Below, in pieces: positions 16,967 to 25,550 of a DNA stretch of 64,000 nt. The translations under genes and the position numbers were made by a program. Location of the stretch: the NCBI GenBank assembly GCA_026414165.1, contig JAOAJN010000002.1, forward strand, positions 8,246 to 72,245, written 5' to 3'. Source of the DNA: Candidatus Methanomethylicaceae archaeon. GTDB taxonomy: Archaea > Thermoproteota > Methanomethylicia > Methanomethylicales > Methanomethylicaceae. Every line of letters begins with the position of its first letter. Positions within the stretch are counted from its first letter, which is position 1. The notes beneath the pieces were generated by a model. The model was not told the DNA's origin and ran no database searches. It saw nothing but the letters and a program-made list of their open reading frames with translations.

Positions 16967-17881
16967 ATGGTGATCAGTATGATAATACCCATCAGTGTGC
17001 CATTTCCCAAGGACTGGGGAAGGGGGGATAGTACCCACTCCTACCTCCTCAAGCGCGAGCTGACCGTTCTGATAGACGCTGGTCTGGACAGCTCAGATAA
17101 CAGGACCTACATAAGGAGGACGCTTAAGGAATTGGATGGTTTGAATATCGACTACATCCTCGTGACCCATGGACACTTGGATCACTTCGGTCTAGCAGGG
17201 TATCTTCAAAGGGAGACTGGTGCAGAGATCTTGGTACACGAGCTCGACGCCACTGCCCTGAAAGACTACACGAAAGCGATCTCATGGTACGATGAAGTCT
17301 ATGATTATGCTGTCGAAGGTGGCTACGAGCCCCAAGAACTAGAAAAGATCAGGAGCAAACTCCTTATAGCAATCGAGATGATGCGTACTCCAGATTTTTT
17401 CAAGCCCTTCAGGGAGCTAACCTTGGATCTCGGCGGATATACCTTAAGGTCGCTGAGCCTACCAGGGCACACTCCGGGGAGCGTGGGCTACGCATTCGGC
17501 GAGTCTGTATTTTCTGGGGATGTGGCGATAGAAGGTAGCACTGTTGTCGGAGAGTTCAGGCAGGAGATGAACTCACTGCAGAAACTGAAGAGTTTCAAGA
17601 ACATATTCGCTGGGCACAGAAAGACGCCATTAACCATCACAGACATAGAATCGCTTGAGACCCACTTTATAAACAGGCTTGAGCAAGTTCTCAGAACTGT
17701 TAGGAGCGGAATGAAGTTAAGAGAAGTTGTAAATTCCATCTATGGGGAGATGCCCGAGGAGAGCTTCGTAAGGAACATAATACCCATCAGGCAGACCCTG
17801 TCATACCTAAAGTATCTAGAAGAGGAGGGATATGTGGTCAAGAAGGGGCCGCTCTGGATTTCGGTTAAGGAAAGCCTTTGA
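16967..17881 (+). CDS. MBL-fold metallo-hydrolase
   Basis: VTHGHLDHFG (HxHxDH) and a later PGHTPGS motif. Confidence 0.8.
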   Translation: MVISMIIPISVPFPKDWGRGDSTHSYLLKRELTVLIDAGLDSSDNRTYIRRTLKELDGLNIDYILVTHGHLDHFGLAGYLQRETGAEILVHELDATALKDYTKAISWYDEVYDYAVEGGYEPQELEKIRSKLLIAIEMMRTPDFFKPFRELTLDLGGYTLRSLSLPGHTPGSVGYAFGESVFSGDVAIEGSTVVGEFRQEMNSLQKLKSFKNIFAGHRKTPLTITDIESLETHFINRLEQVLRTVRSGMKLREVVNSIYGEMPEESFVRNIIPIRQTLSYLKYLEEEGYVVKKGPLWISVKESL

Positions 17882-18052
17882 TGGATGCTGCTTAAGTTAC
17901 ACTCTTAACGAATAAAAACGCTGGCTTTAACTACGTTCATTATATTCCATTACAGTTTATACGATAAAATACCTCATTAACATAACTCGGTGAAAAACTT
18001 AAAAATATGGATCCTTTTACTCTTGATTTAATGTATTGAGGGTGAAGAGAAA

Positions 18053-18499
18053 ATGGATCTTGATAACACAGACATAGAGATACTGAGGTTACTCCAAGAG
18101 GACTCTAGGACCAGCTACAGAAATATTGCAAATAAACTCGGTTTATCTGTAGGGACTGTGCACAACAGGGTCAAGAGGCTTACGCAAGAGGGCATCATAA
18201 AGAATTTTTCCACGATCTTGGATCCGGAAAGGCTGGGGTTCGAGCTTACAGCTATAATTCTGATGCAGGTTGAGGGTGCACACATAGTTGATGTAGAGAG
18301 GGCTCTAGCAAAATCGCCCCCCGTTATAGCCGTCTACGACATAACAGGTGATTTTGACATAGTGATGATTGCCAAATTCAGGAGCAGGGCCGAGCTTAAT
18401 AAATTCATAAAGGACGTACTCAGGATGCCTCATGTCAAGAGGTCGGTCACAAGCATAGCCTTAAATGTTGTTAAGGAGGATGTCAGGCTTAGTCTTTGA
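18053..18499 (+). CDS. Lrp/AsnC family transcriptional regulator
   Basis: 148 aa. LDNTDIEILRLLQEDSRTSYRNIANKLGLSVGTVHNRVKRL HTH plus a RAM domain. Confidence 0.9.
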   Translation: MDLDNTDIEILRLLQEDSRTSYRNIANKLGLSVGTVHNRVKRLTQEGIIKNFSTILDPERLGFELTAIILMQVEGAHIVDVERALAKSPPVIAVYDITGDFDIVMIAKFRSRAELNKFIKDVLRMPHVKRSVTSIALNVVKEDVRLSL

Positions 18500-18501
18500 G
18501 A

Positions 18502-19899
18502 TCAATTTTTTGACCGACTTTTAAGACGGACACTGTAATGAACCATTTCTGACGCAACCCTAACTGCCGATTTTACGGTTCTAAATACAGGGAGGTTGTG
18601 CTGCTTGAAGGTTCTTGCGCATTCGCTGAGGTCCTCCCCCAGCACGTCGACCACAAAAATAGGTTTTTTGTAAACATTAACAAGCTCTGAGATTTTCTTG
18701 GCATACTCGACGTCCCTGTCAGCTGCCATAGGTATCGCAATGGATCCAAGGACTCCATACCCTATGAGGAAGACCAGATCGTATTCGCTCTCCATCAACA
18801 ACTTGATGGCTTGGTAGTATGCCTCCGAATTTATGGAAGCGACCATATCCAGGGGGTTTCTCCTTGACCAGTAAGGTGGAAGTAACCCGTCCAGTTCCTT
18901 TATTACAGATTCAGGAAGAGGGGTAAGTCGAATTTTCGAGCTCTCTAAGGCATCCGCACACTCAATCGCCCAGCCCCCGCCCGAGGATACCACCGCGGCA
19001 GAACTACCTTGGGGCAAGGGCAGGGATGAGAAAGCGTGGGCAAGCTGGAAGAGTTCCTCAGTATCTCTTGCTTGTATCACAGAGAATTGCCGGAATATTC
19101 CCTCCAAAACGGAAGATTCAACCGCTATGGCGCCGGTGTGGGAGGCGGCTGCCTTTGCCCCGGCCGGCGTTGATCCGACCTTCAGAATTATCGTTGGTTT
19201 ATTTGACGAAACCTTGCGGAGCGCCTCTAGGAATGCCCTACCGTCCTTAACCGACTCCATATATGCTGTTATTACCTTTGTCGTTTTGTCATCGGAGAGG
19301 TAGAGTAGGAGCTCGGGCAGCGAGATGTCAGACTCATTGCCTATGCTTATGAATTTGCTGAACCCTATCCCTGCCTTCTTAGCCCAAGCGAGCATGGTCG
19401 TCCCGACCGCCCCACTTTGTGATATGAAAGATATGTTGCCCTTCTTTGGTACCATCAATGTGAAGGTAGCCGTTAGGCTGTTGAAGGAGTTGTAAAGCCC
19501 CATGCAGTTTGGACCGACTATACGAACGCCCTTCTCCCTCGCGATCCGTAGCACCTCCCTCTCTAACTCCGCACCTTTTTCGCCGGTCTCTTTAAAGCCA
19601 GCGGTTATGATTACCGCGTAGGGGATGCCCTTCTCGCCGCACTCTGCTATAACCGAAGGTACTGCGTTAGCTGGGACTGCCAAAATTGCAAGGTCAGGAA
19701 CGGTGGGCAAATCTCTAACCGAGCTATAGCACCTCAGCCCCAAGAGGATCTCGCATTTTGGATTTATTGGGTAGACATGCCCTGAAAATCCTCCGCTGAG
19801 GATATTCTTCAAGATTATGTGGCCCAAAGCCTGCGGATCCCTGGAGGCGCCGATTATGCACACTCCTTTAGGGAAGAAGAGCTCATCCACGACCCGCAC
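18502..19899 (-). CDS. ADP-forming acetyl/acyl-CoA synthetase alpha subunit (CoA-binding plus CoA-ligase domains)
   Basis: 465 aa. CIIGAS...YPINPK, GPNCMG, SQSGA and phosphohistidine-loop ASHTGA motifs. Confidence 0.8.
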   Translation of the reverse strand: MRVVDELFFPKGVCIIGASRDPQALGHIILKNILSGGFSGHVYPINPKCEILLGLRCYSSVRDLPTVPDLAILAVPANAVPSVIAECGEKGIPYAVIITAGFKETGEKGAELEREVLRIAREKGVRIVGPNCMGLYNSFNSLTATFTLMVPKKGNISFISQSGAVGTTMLAWAKKAGIGFSKFISIGNESDISLPELLLYLSDDKTTKVITAYMESVKDGRAFLEALRKVSSNKPTIILKVGSTPAGAKAAASHTGAIAVESSVLEGIFRQFSVIQARDTEELFQLAHAFSSLPLPQGSSAAVVSSGGGWAIECADALESSKIRLTPLPESVIKELDGLLPPYWSRRNPLDMVASINSEAYYQAIKLLMESEYDLVFLIGYGVLGSIAIPMAADRDVEYAKKISELVNVYKKPIFVVDVLGEDLSECARTFKQHNLPVFRTVKSAVRVASEMVHYSVRLKSRSKN

Positions 19900-19905
19900 C
19901 CTCGA

Positions 19906-20355
19906 TCATTTCTTGATGAGCCTGATCAACATCTCATAGATGGTGAGACGGAACTCCCTCTTTATAAAACTCTTAGACTTGCTCCACAATGATTTGAGGA
20001 AGATTATTCTGGGGGTCGGGTATTCTATCTCGATGGAGGATCCGAAGGCATCCTTGACACAATCCAGAATGAGAGTCACCATATCGTCTATAAGGCTGGG
20101 TCGGTTCTTCGCCTCAAACAAGAATTCTTCACCTGTGGCTGGATCTAGTGTGGTAAGCTCGTTGACAGTCTCGGTCAATATCGCACTCACTGCACTCTCA
20201 AGTTCCCAGAGGTCGATATAGCCCTCCATTGAGTGTGTTGGGAAGGCTGAGGAGTATATGAGATCGGAGATCTTCTCAGACGCAGCGTAAATGGCTTTAT
20301 CTACCCCAATTCGAGTCAGCGATTCTCTTCTGCGCAGGGGAGAGGTCCTTGTCAA
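19906..20355 (-). CDS. hypothetical protein
   Basis: 149-aa ORF 6 nt upstream of, and co-directional with, the ACD alpha gene. No recognisable motif. Confidence 0.35.
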   Translation of the reverse strand: MTRTSPLRRRESLTRIGVDKAIYAASEKISDLIYSSAFPTHSMEGYIDLWELESAVSAILTETVNELTTLDPATGEEFLFEAKNRPSLIDDMVTLILDCVKDAFGSSIEIEYPTPRIIFLKSLWSKSKSFIKREFRLTIYEMLIRLIKK

Positions 20356-20659
20356 AACTAGCCCTCTTAATTTATTGATTGGACATCATATTCAAAAAGT
20401 TTCTGGTCTTATTTGAGCTGCCGCCCTCCATCTTTTGGCTAGAAAAGTTCTAGGAATCATAAATGTAAGTGGGATTGAAAACAATAAACTTCAATTTGCC
20501 AAAGTTTTGGGACAATCCAATTCTTAGCTTCAAGTAGTGAATACCTAAAAATTTACCGTTCGAAAATTATTTCGGCAATTCAACGGATCACATACAATTA
20601 AAAACTAGAAACACTCAATATGGCATTGATCGGAACATAATCGAGGGGTCAATGTCAAG

Positions 20660-21067
20660 TTGCCAAGAAGAATTGTGATAAAAAAGAAGCGGAAGGCGGG
20701 AAGGATGTTCTTTGAGGCGAACGCGGTCTCCAGCAACATGAACCTGAAGGACATTATGGATATAATATTCACCAGCGCCGAATCTTACCGAGAGATTGCG
20801 ACAATCTTACTTGAGTGGATAAAGTCGAAGAGCGATCAGGAAAACCGTGGTAAGGTCAGGTGGGTCACCACCAGCGAGATGTCGAACTACATCAACGAGA
20901 GGCTGATGCCGAGGAGAAGGAGCGCCGCCTATGCGGTAATAAAGAACTACCTCGTACCTCTTGGGATATTGGAATACAGGTCCTCAGAATCTAAATATAT
21001 ACTGAGCAGGGACTTTGCAGGTGCTCTGAAGAGGCTTGCAGAAGCCTACACTAAGTGGACTAGTTAA
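20660..21067 (+). CDS. hypothetical protein, possible wHTH
   Basis: 135-aa ORF ending 33 nt upstream of the NifB-like gene. Basic N-terminus; start uncertain. Confidence 0.3.
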   Translation: MPRRIVIKKKRKAGRMFFEANAVSSNMNLKDIMDIIFTSAESYREIATILLEWIKSKSDQENRGKVRWVTTSEMSNYINERLMPRRRSAAYAVIKNYLVPLGILEYRSSESKYILSRDFAGALKRLAEAYTKWTS

Positions 21068-21100
21068 AAGCTTATATAACATGGTTATAAAAAATATAAT

Positions 21101-21991
21101 GTGGTCATTTTGACACAAAATCCCAAATGGGCGGGCATAGGCGCCAAATTCGCGCACCTCACTGCGGCACACCCATGCTTTGGTGTCAAGGCACACTACA
21201 AGGTTGCAAGGATCCACCTACCTGTTGCGCCCAAATGTAACATCCAGTGTAACTATTGTATCAGGAGGATAAACAAGTGTGAGAACAGGCCCGGGGTCTC
21301 TGCATGCATACTTAATGCTGAAGGGGCCATCAGGAGGCTTGAGTCCGAGATCAGGAGCGTCCCAAACCTCAAGGTTGTTGGAATAGCTGGACCAGGTGAG
21401 AGTCTCGAGAACCAATCTACCTTTGAGACCTTGTCGATGGTTAGGGAACGATGGCCGGAGCTCATAGTTTGCCTCTCTACCAACGGGCTCTTGGTTGAAG
21501 AGAAGGCCGCCGAACTCGAAGCCCTAAAAGTGAAGACCGTGACGATAACAATCAATGCCATAGACCCTGAAGTCGGTTCAAAGATCTACGATTGGGTCAA
21601 ATATAATGGCAAAATCTTAAAGAGGAAAGAAGCTGCGGAAGTGCTAATCCAAAAGCAGCTGGGGGGCATTAAAGCCCTTGTGGACAGGGGCATAGTGGTC
21701 AAGGTAAACACCGTTCTCATACCAGAATTGAACATGGATGAAGTCCCAAAGATCGCCGAGGAGGCAGCCAACAGAGGGGCAAGTTTGATGAACATAATTC
21801 CTCTAATACCAATACATCGCTTTAAGAACCTCAGGGGGCCCACATGCACCGAGCTTGAAATGGCAAGGAGCATCGCAGAGAGGTACCTCCCCCAGTTCAG
21901 ACTCTGCCGCCAATGCAGGGCTGATGCTTGCGGTGTGCCTGGGCTGGAGCTGGAGGGCAAAAAAATCGGGACCGAGTACTTCCATGGCTAG
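21101..21991 (+). CDS. nifB: NifB-type radical SAM protein (stand-alone SAM domain, no NifX domain)
   Basis: AHPCF...ARIHLPVAPKCNIQCNYCIRR...KCENRPGV...GIAGPGESL...CLSTNGL...CRQCRADACG: CX3CX2C plus the extra His/Cys ligands that are NifB-specific as I recall them. Confidence 0.75.
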   Translation: MVILTQNPKWAGIGAKFAHLTAAHPCFGVKAHYKVARIHLPVAPKCNIQCNYCIRRINKCENRPGVSACILNAEGAIRRLESEIRSVPNLKVVGIAGPGESLENQSTFETLSMVRERWPELIVCLSTNGLLVEEKAAELEALKVKTVTITINAIDPEVGSKIYDWVKYNGKILKRKEAAEVLIQKQLGGIKALVDRGIVVKVNTVLIPELNMDEVPKIAEEAANRGASLMNIIPLIPIHRFKNLRGPTCTELEMARSIAERYLPQFRLCRQCRADACGVPGLELEGKKIGTEYFHG

Positions 21992-23496
21992 GATGGGTTC
22001 TTTACCAGGGATCTCAGATCCTCGCTCTTGGAGTATCTTATCTTTCCCCGGTACTTGACCTTGACCTTTGTGGACGCAGGGAGCAGTATTGCGAGATCCT
22101 CCGAGATGGGGATCTCGACATTCTTTTCTGTACCAATGGAAGTGTATTTAGCCTGAAGATCTATTTTATCCCCATTCGATGGTATTATTATATCTCCAGT
22201 ATGCTGCTTGACCGACTCTGCCAGGCTTAGAAGGTTAGTCTCCTCTCCATGGACAAGTATGAGTCTCTCTGGTTTGACCCTCGATATGTAATTGCAAAGT
22301 TCGGTATGCATGGCATGTGCGGAGATCTCGAACGCAGCGACTTCGCACTTCACCCTCACGTCCACTTCATTCTTGTTTATCATATCCAGGAGCCTAAACT
22401 CCCTCACGTTATTTATTAGGTCATAGCCAACGGTGCCCTTTTCCATATGTCCAAGTATTCCTATTAGGTTCTTCCCTGATGCTGCCATCCTGATCATGTG
22501 CCAGACGCTCCACCCTCCCCTGAGCATGCCAGATGGAGCCATTATTATACACGGAGTATCACGGAGGTGGATCCGCTTCCGCTCAGATAGTGACTTGAAG
22601 GTCTTTAGGGCATCCCACCTGAATGGATTTATTTCGTTGAAAAGGTAGCCCCTCCTCACCTTATCATCCATATAGATCAGGAACTGCTCATACACGCGGA
22701 GCGTCTCTATTGACATACCCTCTAGGTAGATGTCTACGTTAGGCAGCTTGTTCCAGTTATCCTTAAGTATCTTTAGGACCTCCTGCGTCTTACCTACGGC
22801 GAATATTGGCAGCAGAACTTTGCCCCCACGTTCAAGCGTCGCCCTGATTGTGTCTATCAACTCCCTGGCAACCTCCTCCCTGCCCTTCCTGTTTTTGCCC
22901 CCATATGTGCCCTCACATATCAGTACATCAGGGTATGTCAGGTCGTCCGTCCTCCAGTACCTTAGGTGATTCGAGGACGTACCAAGATCTCCTGAGAAGA
23001 CTATCCTGTAACCATTGTAAAAGAACTCAGTCATAGTGGACCCGAGTATGTGCCCTGCGTTGTGGAAGTTCACCTTCAGGTTGTTTAATCTGAAGACCTC
23101 ATGGTAAGTTGTTGGCTCAGCCAGTTTCATTAGGGCAGTGTGCATCTCCTTTGAGGACCAAAGCCTCTCCTCCGGCGACCACTCGCGCTCCATCAGAGAG
23201 AGTTCGTCCTGCCAGAGCAAGTTGAGGAGTGCGAGTGTCGGGAGAGTCATGAATATTTTTCCCCTGAAACCATTTCGGACCAAATTCGGTATGGCACCAG
23301 TGTGGTCTAGGTGTGCATGGGACACAAAAACCGCATTCAAATGTTGAATATTGTTGGCAAAGTGTGGGAGAGCCTGCTTGCCTTTGAGGGCGGGCGAAAT
23401 TCCACAGTCAAGAAGGAAATGGTGTTGATTTATATCTAGTTGGAGGCAAATTCTTCCTACTTCTTTTCCGCCTCCAAGGACCTTGAGTTGGGGCAT
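21988..23496 (-). CDS. beta-CASP family metallo-beta-lactamase RNase (aCPSF/RNase J-like)
   Basis: 502 aa. VSHAHLDHTG (HxHxDH), a beta-CASP insert and a C-terminal HGE motif. Convergent 4-nt overlap with the nifB-like gene. Confidence 0.8.
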   Translation of the reverse strand: MPQLKVLGGGKEVGRICLQLDINQHHFLLDCGISPALKGKQALPHFANNIQHLNAVFVSHAHLDHTGAIPNLVRNGFRGKIFMTLPTLALLNLLWQDELSLMEREWSPEERLWSSKEMHTALMKLAEPTTYHEVFRLNNLKVNFHNAGHILGSTMTEFFYNGYRIVFSGDLGTSSNHLRYWRTDDLTYPDVLICEGTYGGKNRKGREEVARELIDTIRATLERGGKVLLPIFAVGKTQEVLKILKDNWNKLPNVDIYLEGMSIETLRVYEQFLIYMDDKVRRGYLFNEINPFRWDALKTFKSLSERKRIHLRDTPCIIMAPSGMLRGGWSVWHMIRMAASGKNLIGILGHMEKGTVGYDLINNVREFRLLDMINKNEVDVRVKCEVAAFEISAHAMHTELCNYISRVKPERLILVHGEETNLLSLAESVKQHTGDIIIPSNGDKIDLQAKYTSIGTEKNVEIPISEDLAILLPASTKVKVKYRGKIRYSKSEDLRSLVKNPS

Positions 23497-23627
23497 CTTT
23501 GGGTTCTCAACCTAAAGAGAGTTGTTTTTCAACATTTTTAAAGTTTTTTATTGAAAAAATTTGATGCTAGTGAATCCTATAAGGCAAGTGCGGGTGAATA
23601 AAATATGAGTGGATGAAAGTAAACAGA

Positions 23628-23680
23628 AATTGGAATCAGAATTGGGATTAGGATTGGATTAGGATTAGATTAGATTGGAA
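23628..23680. repeat. imperfect hexamer tandem repeat (RATTRG), about 9 units
   Basis: AATTGG AATCAG AATTGG GATTAG GATTGG ATTAG GATTAG ATTAG ATTGG, upstream of the thioredoxin gene. Confidence 0.8.
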
Positions 23681-23715
23681 ATTAACTATATATTCAAAGG
23701 CACAGATTCTATATT

Positions 23716-24060
23716 ATGACAAAACGAATATTTGTCTGCAACGATAAGGATCTCGAGGTTTTCATAAGATCTCAGGACAAGCTGACCATAGTGGAGTTCT
23801 GGGATCCTTGGTGCAGCATATGTGCTGAGATGGCACCCATCTTCTCGAAGCTTGCCAAAAAGTACGAGGGCAGAGCGGTTTTCTCAAAGCTTAACATGAG
23901 GGAAAATGAGGAGAGCCCAAAGAGATACCAAGTTTACGTGACTCCCACCTTCATATTCTTCATGGGTGGGAAGGAGATAAAGCGGATGGGCGGGCTGCTG
24001 GGGGCGAATGAGTTAGACAACGCGATAAAGGAGTGCCTAGAGAAAACACAAAATAATTAA
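23716..24060 (+). CDS. thioredoxin-fold protein (WCSIC active site)
   Basis: 114 aa. VEFWDPWCSICAEM and a later VTPTFIFF (cis-Pro region). Confidence 0.8.
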   Translation: MTKRIFVCNDKDLEVFIRSQDKLTIVEFWDPWCSICAEMAPIFSKLAKKYEGRAVFSKLNMRENEESPKRYQVYVTPTFIFFMGGKEIKRMGGLLGANELDNAIKECLEKTQNN

Positions 24061-24166
24061 TATTTAAAATAATAATCCTTCATCAACCTCAATCCTACAA
24101 ACCACATAGCATAAAAATCCGCCCAATAGCCAAATTTTTATTACACAATGCAGATCTTTTGGCTAA

Positions 24167-24865
24167 GTGGCGAAGATGATAAGAGCAGTAGCAACCGATG
24201 TGGATGGAACCATAACCAACTACAAGGACGAGCTCTATTTGGAGGCAATTGTTGCCATCAGGAATCTGGAAAAGGCGGGCATTCCTGTGATACTCTGCTC
24301 TGGCAACTCTCTTTGCGTACTCAAGGGACTCGCGAGATACATTGGATGCACTGGACCGACTGTTTCCGAGAACGGAGCGGTCGTTGAGTACAAAGCTGGT
24401 ATAAGGATACTCGGAAGGAAGGGCATATCGAGGCAGGTGGTGGACGAGCTGAAGAGAGTCTACGGGCAAAATGTTACCGAGTCCTGGTCGAACAGGTTTA
24501 GGTTCGTTGACATGGCAATAAGGCGGACTATAGAATTTGAAAAAGTGCAGGAAGTCGTCAAGAAGTTTGATGGGGTGAAGGTGATAGACAGTAACTTCGC
24601 ATATCACATAACTGACCGGAACGTTGATAAAGGCAAAGGACTAATGCGAGCTCTTAAATTTCTTGGCATAGGTCCGGAAGAGGTCGCAGGGATAGGTGAC
24701 AGTATAACTGACTTGGAGCTGCTCGGTGTCTGCGGTTTCAAGGCTGCCGTGGCAAACGCAGACCCTAGACTTAAAGAGATCGCAGACTTCGTCTCCGAGA
24801 AAGAGTTTGGTCTTGGTTTTGCCGAGATTGTCGAGAGGATACTTTCGATGAAGAGGTCAAAATGA
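24167..24865 (+). CDS. HAD-superfamily phosphatase (archaeal phosphoglycolate phosphatase / Cof-like)
   Basis: ATDVDGTIT (DxDGT), CSGNS and GDSITD motifs. Confidence 0.75.
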   Translation: MAKMIRAVATDVDGTITNYKDELYLEAIVAIRNLEKAGIPVILCSGNSLCVLKGLARYIGCTGPTVSENGAVVEYKAGIRILGRKGISRQVVDELKRVYGQNVTESWSNRFRFVDMAIRRTIEFEKVQEVVKKFDGVKVIDSNFAYHITDRNVDKGKGLMRALKFLGIGPEEVAGIGDSITDLELLGVCGFKAAVANADPRLKEIADFVSEKEFGLGFAEIVERILSMKRSK

Positions 24866-25548
24866 TGGGAGACTCCGAAAGAAAGGAGATAGTAAGGGTC
24901 TTTGATGCCATCGCGGAGGAGTTTTCTCATTCGAGGAGGAGGGTGTGGAAGAGCCTGGAGGATGCGGGACCATTCGAGGGCGAATTGGTGTTGGATCTGG
25001 GTGCAGGGAGTGGGAGGAACACCAAGTTCCTTTTGGAAAACGGGGCTTCGTTTGCCGTCGCAGCCGACGTCTCATCGGAAATGCTAAAGGTTTTAATGTC
25101 CAACCTAAAGGGCGACTATCAAATTTCAATCCAGCCGGTGAGATGCGATGCACTTTACCTCCCATTTATGGATTCCACATTTGATAAAGTGATCTTCGTT
25201 GCCACGGTGCATCATATACCAGGAAGGCTTGCCAGGCTCAGGGCCATGAAAGAAGTAAAGAGGGTTTTGAAAAGGAATGGGCTTACTCTGGTAACCGCCT
25301 GGTCACTCGTCCAGCCCAGGTTCATAAGGCGTCTGCCTGCCCTCTTAATAAACTGGATCAAGGGCAGAGAATTCGGCGACTTGTATGTTCCTTGGGGCGA
25401 GAAAAAGAGATTCTACCACCTCTTCACATTGAGGGAACTTAGGGCCCTGTTAGAGGACTCTGGATTCTTGGTAGAGAAGGCATATGGGGAGAAGGTCTCA
25501 TCAAAAATATTTGCGGAGAACTGCGTGGTCTTGGCAAGGAAGGTCTGA
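24862..25548 (+). CDS. Trm9-like class I SAM-dependent methyltransferase
   Basis: Collinear with yeast Trm9 motifs as recalled: VFDAIAEEFSHSRRRVWK, LDLGAGSGRN, VATVHH, DLYVPW, RFYHLFTLREL. ATGA overlap with the HAD gene, 2-nt gap to elp3. Confidence 0.7.
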   Translation: MMGDSERKEIVRVFDAIAEEFSHSRRRVWKSLEDAGPFEGELVLDLGAGSGRNTKFLLENGASFAVAADVSSEMLKVLMSNLKGDYQISIQPVRCDALYLPFMDSTFDKVIFVATVHHIPGRLARLRAMKEVKRVLKRNGLTLVTAWSLVQPRFIRRLPALLINWIKGREFGDLYVPWGEKKRFYHLFTLRELRALLEDSGFLVEKAYGEKVSSKIFAENCVVLARKV

Positions 25549-25550
25549 TT

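Noticed and set aside
18502-20355. ACD alpha subunit without an adjacent ATP-grasp beta subunit, as a possible anomaly.
   Set aside because: In Pyrococcus-type systems, as I recall, alpha and beta genes are often unlinked, so the absence here is not informative.
23628-23680. CRISPR array or telomere-like (TTAGG-type) repeat.
   Set aside because: The units are 5-6 nt with no spacers and the tract totals about 50 nt. It is not CRISPR architecture, and a telomere function is implausible inside a gene-dense prokaryotic segment.
23716-24060. Atypical thioredoxin active site WCSIC instead of WCGPC.
   Set aside because: CxxC variation is common among archaeal thioredoxin-fold proteins, so it is not distinctive without redox data.
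24095-24607. Long antisense or overlapping ORFs in the track (for example 24095-24607, 2031-2450, 25788-26225, 36888-37379, 39251-39814, 42779-43213, 8621-9037).
   Set aside because: They lie opposite to or out of frame with strongly supported genes, have low-complexity Ser/Pro/Arg-rich products and no motifs. They are shadow ORFs typical of GC-richer coding DNA.
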